Source: Phoronis australis
Lineage: Eukaryota > Animalia > Phoronida
DNA length: 64,000 nucleotides
Direction: 5' to 3'
Assembly (NCBI GenBank): GCA_002633005.1
Contig: NMRA01000371.1
Span: 62,001-126,000, forward strand
Position numbers and translations under genes: made by a program. The notes under the pieces were generated by a model. It ran no database searches, was not told where the DNA came from, and was given only the letters and a program-made list of their open reading frames with translations. Below are positions 19,723 through 31,700 of the stretch, in pieces. Positions within the stretch are counted from its first letter, which is position 1; each line of letters starts with the position of its first letter.

Positions 19723-22700
19723 ATGGATAAACGTAAGTATCTTTGTATTCCTTAGGCTCGGTTATTCACAGTAACTAGGTAACACTCTTTATACGCAATT
19801 ACGGACTCACTGTTCTCTAGCACTCTCGAGTGCTTGGCCACCCCAGGCCCAGGGACAGGTGGTCCAGGGCGCAATTACATTTACAGTACACTCTGAATCA
19901 GACGCGACCACGGGGGAGTGTCAGAATTTTACTCGATCAATAAATGATAAACTTTGTTCTTGAAATCAGGTTGCATCCAGTATTGATGATCACTCGTGAG
20001 ACAGTTGTGGCGAGAAATATTGAGTTCTGATTCGACATCCTGGTGTCTGGTGGTGGCCATTTTGCTAGTGCTCACTAGTTAGATGTGAAACATTCCATTA
20101 CATGCCCACACCCAGCCTAAACTAGCATGCGTTCAGCAACCGTTAGGACCTACGCTAGGACCTAGCTAAAATCTAGCTAACGTCACGTGCTCTCATTCAA
20201 AATACACGGCAGGGTCTCACGTCATCTCACGAAGTCTTGCTTTTTAGCGAGGTCCTAGCGTTATTGAACGGGAGGCTGGAGTGTGGCTCAAATTTTTGAG
20301 AATGTGGACCTTTTACTAAGATTCACTGGGTACTTAGTTGTAGCTCCTGCTTTTTTAGTGGACTTTTGTCTTGTTTTCTACTTTTTTTCGGAGTTTTCGT
20401 TTCTCTACGGCGGACTTTTTTGCCCACTTCGCCAAATGAGCCCCCTGAGCCCTCCCTGGGTGCATGCATGCATTATGCTAGCATGTGATCTTGTCAACCT
20501 GACCTGATACACCAGCATGTGGAGAATTTCTCGCTTACACTGCTCTGATTTCCTAAGCCCCAGACACACAACTTTTATTAAGCCTATTCAGCACACCCTT
20601 TGTATTGATGTAGATCTGACCTAATGAAGTGGAAAGGTAATAGCTAGCACTAATTTCTTAACCATGGTGATCCTTATTACACTCAACTGTTTTTCTCTGG
20701 CATTTGCACAGAGTTAAAGCCTGCAATGTGGAGACCAGTTCTAACTTGGTAAATTTTAAATATTAGAAAAAGACTTAAAAGTTAATTTGCATTGATTTTG
20801 ACAAAGGGCCACTTCCCAAAGGAATGTTGGTTTTAATGTTTCATACCTGTTTTCCAAATTACTTTATGTTAATACTCCTGTCTACTTGTTTTTTTTTCTT
20901 AGTTACTGGTTAGGGTTGCTATATTTTTATTCTGTGTTTAAACGAAGTATCAAAACAATTTAGAAGTCAGTTAATTTTGAACCCATCCCTGACTTTTCCA
21001 AATTACAGCTTCACCAAACATGTCACAGCAAACAAAACTACATGTGCCATTAGTTCAAGTTCAATCTTTATTAGAATTCAAATCATAAAATATATACAAA
21101 AGTGCAAATGCGGTGATAGCCAAACTGAAGATTTGGAACCTCTGGACAATTTTGGTTGCAGTAACTACATATTTATTTTAGCTTTTCCTCATAAAAAATG
21201 AAATCACAGCTTGCCCATCGACCAACCTCATCCACTGCTTGCAGCTCTCTCGTTGACTACAAAGCTAGCCATCTTAGTAGTCTTCACAGGTGTTCCATTA
21301 CAACTACAAGCTAACTATTGAAATTGGGGCATTTCCGCGAATAGCAGTTTTCCGGTTAGTGTACTACTCCTGGAGTAAAGTAGTTCGAGATGCAGTGGGC
21401 CAAGTGATGTTTTAAAAGTTATTGGCATCTAATTTAGTCACTGTGTGTTGTTTAGAGATGTTTCAATGTAGCCTAGTTGCATATGAAAAGAATAATCCAC
21501 ATAATATTGTTAACTCTGGTCAGTATTCATTGTAAATCACCGGGTATATCAATACACACAGTCGTTTATCTTCAATCGTACCCAATGTTTGTAGTTTTTA
21601 GCATGATAGTTCTTCGATTTTTAAAAATCGAAGACCAAACTTGGTTAGTTTTTCCATCTGAATACAGCTGTGGTGTTTGTTTTGAACGGAAACTGTTGGT
21701 TAATGTACAGGCAGAGATGTTTACTACAGTTTATGGTCGGGTAATTACACTTAATTGGGTCTTGCTCACACCGGACAATGCGGTCATCGCAACTGAGTCC
21801 GACTCTGGGCTCTGCGTGACTTTTGTGTAAGCGTATTATTCACGGCATGAGGACCTGCACACATACTGCTGGTGTGGCCTATATTCATTGTGCGATTGTC
21901 TGATAGAGTTATCTTTTGTATTTTATTACGTACACAATGCTGGTAGTTTTCACTGAGTGCAAAGTACCCACATCTAAGTGGTGCATTACTGACTCGATCA
22001 GCATCGTAAACTATGACAATCCGTTCTCGGGGATGAATGCTGTATATGATGGGGTTCAACACAATACTATGTATGTGATCACGTGAAAAACTTCTAAGTC
22101 GTATGTGGGACTTGATTTTGCATGAATGAACGAAAAATGTAAAAATGACCCCCAGAGTAAAATACTGTGCCCCATCTACTAGTTTATATAAATAGTTATA
22201 TGATGGGCCACAGTCAGCTGGAAAACTCACACTCACAACCGAACCATGCAGTTTAGTAGGCGTGTATTGCCTTTGAGTGCATATCTCTTTCTTAAGTGTA
22301 TCACTGTCAATTAAGCTGTCGCTTTGGAAAAAGAAAGTGAGAATCTCACTGGATTCCAGAGAGATTCCAGTTAGATTCTCACTTAATCACCCTAGTTAGA
22401 AATCAGTGAAAACCTAGTGGGAATTGAACAGCTGAGGCAGTCAGTGAGAAATAGTAAGAAAATGTTATGTAACAGCGAGAATCCAGTGAGAATTTGGGTC
22501 TTTAGGAAAATTCTAAGTGAGAAACCAGTGAGAATGAGAATCATGTGAGAATTTCAGACTTAGAAAATTTCTGAGTGAGAATTGAGTGAGAATTTGGACT
22601 TGCCAAAATTGGAGTGAGGATTCAGTGAGAATTTAAGATAAACAAACATCCTGATTGGCTGTTCTTATAGAAATTTCAGTCGAACCAGATTTCTGAATTC

Positions 22701-25700
22701 AAACTAAAATGGTGCTAGGAATGAACAGTTAGAGAAATAGCTTGAAGGTTGTTGGTGTTTTTTCTCACAAATGTGAAATTACTGAACAGATTGTCTTCAA
22801 GTCAACTAGAGGGAATCCTGGACTGAATTTGTGTGTTAATAACCTTAAGGTTAGTAAATTACATACATCTAATATAGTGCATGAAGCACCAGTACCGGTA
22901 TTAGACTGATGTCTTCATTATGTGTTGACAGCTGAGTTTTTAGTATTTTTTTTGCTGATTCACCAAAGGCATTAAAATTGTTATTTTAGTCTGCTATATT
23001 TCACAATTTGGAATTAAATTGTACCTTTAGTCAAATTTCAAGATTAACTGATAAGCATGCAGTGTTTTGGTTACCAGCAAAGCTTTGAACTCTCATCTAT
23101 TCAGTCAGTGGCTATAAATGCACACACAAAATTTTCTAAGTTCAAAATTCTCACGCAGTGAGATTTTCACTCGGTGAAAATTTCAGTAAGACAAGTTCTC
23201 ACTAATTTGTGTAGCATTATTACGCAGTGAGAATTTCAGTAAGACACGTTCTCACTGAGTGGGAATGCTATGCAAATTAGTTAGATTCTCACTGTATTTT
23301 AAGTGGAATATCACTGTATTCTCACTAGAGCGAAGTTTTTTTCTCACTAATTTGAATGACATCTTAATCAGTTAGATTCTCACTGGAATCCAGTGAGATT
23401 CTCACTGGAATCCAGTGAGATTCTCACTGGCTTTCGGGATGAGAATTTCCTTAATTTTTTTCATAAGCCATTATACGAATCATTAGGCATAGAAAATGAA
23501 ACGCAAAACCTTTCTGTTGCCCATTGTAAGCGAGGTTTACTTTGATCTCATGCACATACCAACTTTCCTCAGTTATTCCCAGAAATAATGAAAGGGTAGC
23601 ATGCTGAGCATGTTAGATTTTGTTGACTTGGGTTAGAAACCACACAGCTGCATGCCTGGCTGTACTGAAATGTTGTTTCAGGTTGTTTTTGCATTTCCAT
23701 GTTTAAAAATGTGTGTATATATGTCTTTTACACAAACCTTCAAATTTCATTTTTGAAGCACAAAAATTGACCCACGAATAATGAAGTTACAATATTTTGA
23801 TGTGACCAGCTTCATACTACCTGCATTGCTCTGTAGAACGTAATACCTGCAGTCAGATATTGTTCCAAAACGGATGGCCTGATAAGGGCTACTGCTAACC
23901 TAATTGATTTGGCTTGAGCCCATCGTTAGAGGGTAATCTTTCCTAACTGGACTGGCAAGCCAACTGTCTCACACACGTTTTGAGTTGAAATATTTTGCCT
24001 AATGAGGTCGAAATAGTATTTGCTTATGAACTGAACTTATAAATAGTGAAACTAATCTAAAGTGTGAGTTATTTTTCCAAAATGTATGTTAAGGAATGAT
24101 GGCTTAACTATAAAACACATTTTCTTGCAGTGCCTGGATCTAATCTGGAAGCTTTGCGGGAGGAAGACAATGAGGATGAGTCAATAGGAGATGGCTTGGT
24201 AAGATTTACAACTGGGTCATCACTATGTTGTACATATTTTAATATTGATGCACATGGCACAATATTGATGCATGTGGCACAGTATTGATATACATTACTC
24301 AGTATTGATGTGTATGGCTCAAAGGAAGATAGATCTATATCTGGAGGTTTTGAAGACATCCATCTTTGTACTTTGAAGACAATGCCTCAACATACAACAG
24401 TGACATCTATTGAGTAACCGTACTGCAATCTATGGACATAACAAATAGATCTTATTGTTTTTGAGATCTAACGACATGTTTTAAGATCTATATCTGGACT
24501 GAGGTTTTAAAAACATCCATTTTTACTTAGTGTTGAAGACAATGCCTAAACAAACAACAGTGACATTTATTGAGTAACTAATGTAATCTATGGACATAAC
24601 AAATAGATGTTATTGGTCTTGAGATCTAGCTTCTGTAACTTGCAGTAGCATGTGACCAACCTTAATGAGACAATATAGTTTTAGAAATAGGACCATGTAG
24701 GACTTTAAGTACGAAAAATTGCTATATTTTTCTGTTATATTTTGTTTATGCAGTTTGGCTTTATTTTATGAATTATGTGTAATGATTTTGCTGTATTATG
24801 TTGAATGTGCAGAGTAGTGATGAAGATGATGATGAGGGGATTCGACAGAAGGAACCCAACCAGTTTGACAAACTATGTGATGGTGTCATCAACTCAACAG
24901 CTCTACTTCACGAAACACTGCGAGAGGTGAGCAAAACTCAGTGAAGGAAACAACTTATTGTGTAAATGAATTCACTCAAGCATACAAAGTCATGCGTATT
25001 GATACAAGCTGTAATGTTAAGCATATTCCAATAAGTAAGCAAGTTTTTTGCATTTATGTCAGCCACAACAGTCGCGTGCAAGAATATTTTTGACAGTTGG
25101 CTTGTTGTGTGTTGCAGGAAATCAAACTGAGTGGCGTGATCTGTGTTGAGCAATCTTGAGCAATCTTTATTGATGTGGTGCTTTAAGGATTCCTGACTAA
25201 TTTAAGCATGAGTGTTGGAAAACCAGGTGTTGATCATGTAGTTGTACATACCTGGGTGAGAATGATGGTATTTTAATAACAGTTTCTCAAAGTCGGCTAA
25301 CTGTTTTCATGAAAAATGATTTGTTCTACACGTAACCATCTTAAGTCAGATTTTTTTGCAGTAGGTTAGGAATTTGATTTTGTGATGATTATTGATTTTT
25401 ATCGTTTACTTTAAAATGCAAGTTTTGATAAGTATCTCCTTTGTAATGTCCCATAAAGGGTGAATTTCTTGTCACTTTCTATCACCTGTACATTACTACA
25501 CATACTGAACAGTGTACAAGCTAACAGGTAATTATCTTTATTAAGACTAATTTTTAGAGCACAAGATGTATTGCACAACAGGTTGCATGCTAACTTTTTG
25601 TTGCTTTAATACTTACTGTCAGTCTTATTTTTCAGGCATCTCACTTAATAGTTAAGGCTATGTTTTTTTTTACTTATTTGTTTGTCATATTTATATATCA

Positions 25701-28700
25701 GGAGTCACTCTAGTCTTTCTTGATAGAATAATATTTACACAACATTTAGAGATTAGAATTTCAGCAACACAATCCTACCATCAATTATTTGGTCGTTGTA
25801 GTGTAGATAGCTGAATGATGTTTAATGTTATGTGCTTTGTTTTTGTTGTATTTTACTGCTCAAATTAGTTTTTTATGTCAAACAATGATGTTGCAGTCAC
25901 TTTCTAAAATCAATTCAGATTTCTTTTACCTCAGTTTACTAGCTTAAGCTACAACCTCAACCTTGCATGCACCTTAGTTCTGGGTGGACATTCAAATATG
26001 ATTTGGGGAACATGGCTATCAGTGAGACAAAACATTCCATCACTGAATTTGGGTGATCTTTCCAACTTCTGGCAACAAGTGTGGGTTCCATAAGTAGCCA
26101 CGCCCATTTTCAGGAGAGACCTCATAGAATGTATTATTTATTCTTGAATTCTGAGATGAAACTTGAAGAATGCGGCAGAATGTATCTAGTTAAGCTTGTG
26201 TAGATGGTGGAAGTTTTCAATAATTAATTAAACTAGTTTTGATCATATTTTTTACAAAATTGTTATAGAGGACATTTTTCTTATCAAAAATCTGAATCTC
26301 CGACGCTGATTTCTTTTCAAACTAAGGATTAAAAGATTTGTCATTTGGATATGGCCACATGCTAACAGTCTGGTAACAAATAACTTTTCACTTCCTTACC
26401 ACGTCAAATAAAAATAGGGTCAAAGGTTGGGGTAAGGAGAGTCAAAGGTTTTGTTAAGGACAATCAATTTTCCTATAATGCCTTGCTGTGACAATTGCTC
26501 TGTTATTGTGTGCTTCAGATTCATTGATATATATATAACTATTAACTGTTTTTATTTTTTATTCTATCATGACCTCGGCTCATAGCCTTAGGCAGTATGA
26601 AAGGATGGCCTTAAATGGGATTCTTTGGTCAGTGGGCAATCAAATATTAACGGATACTTGATGCAAATTCAAAACTTCTGAAACTGTTCACCGACCTTGA
26701 TGTTGCAGAAGTTTTGATTTATAGTTTTGGTATCTGATATCTGATGCTTGTTTAGATAAATTCTTTGAATTTAACAAGGGTATGTTTCGAATATGTAGAA
26801 AATTAAATCAATTACTGGACTTACGGATTGAGTTGACTACATTGCGTCCTCCTCTTGAGAACTTCGGCAGGCCACTGAGACGTCACGTGACTCACCATGT
26901 GATCGACAGCACAGTTTGCGCGGGATACTCTTTAGTGCCCTATTACATGATGAGTCACGTGACATCTCAGTGGCCTGCCGAAGTCCTCGAGAGGAGGACG
27001 CAACGTAGCCAACTCAATCCGTAAGTCCAGTAATTGATTTAATTTTCCACATATTGTTTACTCAACTGGATGACTGAATGTATTCATCATAGTATGTTTC
27101 GAATGTTTGAGTGTTTCTGGACCATTTCATGTACTTTTGCAGTACCTGACAGTGAAGGACGAGTTACTTACTCACTCTCTTCCACCGACTGTTTTGGTCT
27201 CACTATCTCTTGTTAGCGGTAAACTCTTCAGAAGGTATGGGCAATGTTGGAGAACCATTGTGACATTTTTTATTGTTAAACATGAATAAGTGAACCCTTC
27301 ACTCAATTTTGCAGTAACTGTATGTCAAGGACAGTCAGCTCATCTACTCGGAACAGTTCCTTAGTTTGGCGTACTACATGTGATTTCATGCCCCTACACA
27401 TTTAGCTGGTGTTTGGGTTGCATAATGAATCAATTTGTTTTCACTTTGTCATTCTTGCGATGGACTTAAATCAGTGACGACACCGTGTCTTGTTTTATAG
27501 TTCCTGAAGCCCCCTTAAAGACTGATTCATGGCCATAATGCATTATGTATTGTGATCAGTGTTCAACCATATTTGTTGTATTCAGTATATGGGAAATAGT
27601 TTCTGCCTGTGGTTGATATTACAAACTAGTTATTTAAATTACATGCACTTTCGTTAATATTTCTAAATTATTCTATTGAAGATGATTTAATTTGTGAATA
27701 AAAAATCAGTCGTTATCAAATAAGTGTTTGTGTGTTTTCATTTAGGAAAGTGTTTTGCATGTTTCTTGTTTTGTGATGGTTTTCTTTATATTTCAGCATA
27801 AGCGATATCAATCAGCCAATCAATGAGCTTCTTCGGCTTGTTCGTGTATTCTCAACTCCTTGGGAAGAAAAGAGCGCCGCCTTGAGGAAGTTACACGAAG
27901 AATACGAGACCAAACAGAGGCAACTCAACATTGCCATTAAGAGGCTGCAGCTAGTTGAATCTCACGTATGTACACAGCTTTTTATCAGCGATACACATGC
28001 CAGTGTTCTGTTGTACAAACCAAAATGATATTTTGTCATTTTATTTATGGCTGTACTAATTTCATATTGTTGTTATTTATTTTATGCTTGCTGTGAAAAC
28101 ACAAACTGATACTTGTCCATGTCCGGATTTGCCTCTGTGTGGCATATGTTGTTGTCAACTTTGTTGTCAGGTGTGTAAAACTTCTTGGAATGGATGGCCA
28201 TATTTAAATTTGTACTGTAAATTTCTTTGAAAGAAGGATAAACTGATGCTAATGATTTATTTTATGTTGAACATAGCTGAAATTGCTGGCAACTTGTGCA
28301 ATTAGATTAAGATTTACAGTTCTCAGTAAAAGCTCAGTACATTTTTCTGAAATTACTGTTTAATAAGTGTGGTTGCTTTGTTAACTGTAAACGTAACTGT
28401 TTCTTTTGAAATTAGGATGCAATATTTGATTAACATAGTTTAGGTTTTTAAGTAATACTATTTATGTTCACTATTTTTGATGGGAACTTGAAAATTATGC
28501 TTACAACCCAAATATTTTAGGTATTGTGCATTAAATTACACAAATGTTAATCAAAAAGAAACTGAACACAGTGTGTTTTGCTTTGGTTCTGTTGAAGATT
28601 TTTAATTTTAAGCTGTTTTGTTTTCAGTCTAAAAGAATAGCTCGAGATAAACGCCTGATGAATTGGGAAAAATTGTTCTCTAAGTTGACAAGTTCAAAAG

Positions 28701-31700
28701 GTCATGGAAGGCGATGGAAATTTTTGATAGAATCTTTCAAAGAAAAGGCTAACAAGGGGTAAGAAAATGAAAATAGTGATGTCAGTGCAACTCATAAGAT
28801 AATAATTCTTTGTCTTCGTAGTGTCTGATAATAGTATCAGAGGTTTGGGATGTTATAGACCATGGGAATTTGTTTTTACTGCAAAATTTTTCACTTAATG
28901 AAGTTTTGAGAAACATTGAAGGTAAATAAGTTGTTCATCATTATTTTATAAATGAACTACTTTGTTATTTTAAAAAATAATAACCTGAAAGCAAATGCTT
29001 TATTCTTGTTAAAAAGTTTTGATATATTAGGAATGTGTGATGTACTATTTTTAAAAAAGACATTGTAATAATGTGCTTTTCAGTGAATTTTAAGACAAAA
29101 CTTGGCAGTAGTTGGTGTAATATTTGTGACTGGATTGTTTTCTTTTTTTTATAGAATGGAATATCTACAAGAGTACACAAGACGATTAGATGAGACGGAT
29201 GATGAGTCATCTTCTGACGAGGAGTATGTGGAAGATAAAGCTCGCGTAGAAACAGCCGTGGCAGTGGCAGAGAAAAGTGAACAATCGGAGAGTGAGGTGT
29301 GGCAGTGTAGTGTTTAATCATGTCTACTCCATTCATAACATATTGTTGTGCAACTGTAAAATTAGAATGTTTATTTTCCTTTGGAAAAGGTGGAACTAAG
29401 AACCTAGAATAAAGTCAAGTCATGATGGTCTCAAAACCATAAAATCATTTTGTTGTGATAGACCGTTCCAAGTATTGAGGTCACCTACTCATTTGGTCGA
29501 AATTCCTGGAAAAAAAATTTGTTTCCCAGATTAAATTCAATTTTATTCCCATGTACATTAGCTGATGGTGTTAAAACAAGAGTTGCCTAATGCACCAGGA
29601 CATTTGTTTTCATTTTTTTGCTCTTTTAGTGGACAATTGGTGATAATAGTGTGTCCAGTATGTTGTCTCCGAAGTCCCTAAGAGTGCATGATGGCCATTT
29701 TGCATTAACTGCAGATTTCTCTTGTTAAATCTTTAACATTCTGTCTTAATTGTTGGGCTGCAGTAAAAATCATTGGCCCCTGCCATCTTGAGAGATGGGA
29801 AAGTAAATATGCTCTTTAACTTATACTTAAACACGGTTCCTACTAAGGTTGACAATTTGGTGTTATGGTGAGCCTCTGTCAGTGAAAATGCTTGATTTGG
29901 GTCTAGGCTTGAAGTGAACAGCTCAAGTTAACTTCGCAGTAAACGGTTGGATTTATCATCGCTACAAGAGGAATGCTCAACTTCGGTGTCCATCAAAGTT
30001 ATTGCCAGGGGTCACTCCTGTGACAATAGTGAAGGTCATAGTCAATGCCACCCTGCGATAACTATTATGACAACAGTGTCACCTGGCGATAACTCTGTTA
30101 TCTGTTAAGTACCAAAGCTAATGGGAATGCTCAAGTTCACTTCGCAGTTTATATTGACGCTTCAGTAGTACGAGATTTAACTTGATGGGAAAAGGCCTTG
30201 AGAGATGCGTGCATAAACTGCTAACTTGACATTCGACTCAATAACACAAAATATGTAGTGAGGATTACCTAATTAGTGGTGGCACTCTACAATATAAGTG
30301 CTATGTTGCATGATCTAGCAAGACATCTCTATTCTTCTTTCCATTTTGTCTAGGTTGAAGAGCCTCATAAGTCAGAGGAAGAGGAGGACACCGAAGATGA
30401 GAAATCAGCCAGCAGCCCAACCAATAGTCATGCTAATGTTCACCTTAACGAGGAGGTTGAAAAGGAGAGCTCTGGTGGCTCTGCAAAGGTAAAACGAGTT
30501 GTACCCAGCTAACCAGGCTGATATTTTAAGTACCCAAAATAAATGTTAATGTTATGCTATGTGATATTGATATGTAACTGAATATATTTAGGTGAAAAAG
30601 TAATCTGCTCTTAGACAATTGTGTACAATCATACTCATGTTGTACCTGGTGTATAAGGTTTGTTCACTTACAATATATTTCATTCCACTGGTTCCAAGCC
30701 AGTTTGTATTATGCAAACAAGTTGATTTGGTTGCAGCTAACATCTATTGTAATGAATGCTTCAGAAAAGTCTCCTGGAGGTCCATTGTTGTTCAATTGTA
30801 ACATTAGATGTTTTGGGCCAAAATATGGGTATGAACTTTAAAATCGGTGCATATGTAAGCAAAAACATCGATGTTTCGGTTTATTGTCTCTAAACCATTC
30901 TCAAGACAAAAGTTCACAATATTCCAATCAGGTAACACAGCTGGAGAACAGACTGTACATGTACACGTCAAAATGCATTGTGATGTCAGAGATCAGAACC
31001 CAAAATAGTTGGAGCTCAAATGAACCAAATGAATGTTTCTATTCAGCTAGCGCTCAATAAACCGAAATGTCGATTAATACAATGTGGTGTTTACATAATA
31101 TGTGCTGATTTTAAAGTTTTTAAAATCTTTTCTACATTGATATTTTTCTATTAATATTCAACAAGCATCCTGTTTATGAGGGAAAAGGTAACAAAAAATG
31201 CTCAAGAAAGAAAAAGAAGGTATTCTATTGCAAAATAAGATTTCTTGTTTTTTCCTTTGAAAGTTTGTGCCTTTTCTTACAATTGTATGAATAAAGGGAT
31301 TTGCAATTTGTTTTGTTTTTGTTGAACTTTTCCTACGTTCATTGAATCATGGCTGAAAATTTGATGTGATTTGTTATTTTTATTTTGTTTCTCTCTCATA
31401 TGTTTGGCTTTGCTAATTTGCACTTATGACTGGGAAAGATTGTTTGGTGTTGTGTTTTACATACTTTTCCACCAATGTAACAGCAATTTGTATGATAAAT
31501 AAGTCCGTGTCTTTACAAAGTTGGGGTGTATTTTTCTTGGCCTCAAGCAGTTTACTGAATTTGTACAAAAAAGACTTTTTATTCTGCCCTAAACAAATCT
31601 ACGAAGTTGCGTAACAACTTTGACTAGTGAGAAAGCACTTGAGAGTGCAAAAACATTATTCAATGGACAGAGAAATGATTATCTAATAAATAACATGCAG

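Noticed and set aside
21477-22236. 117-aa and 150-aa ORFs in intron 1 of the plus-strand gene
   Set aside because: No recognisable domain or compatible splice sites; probably repeat-derived chance ORFs.
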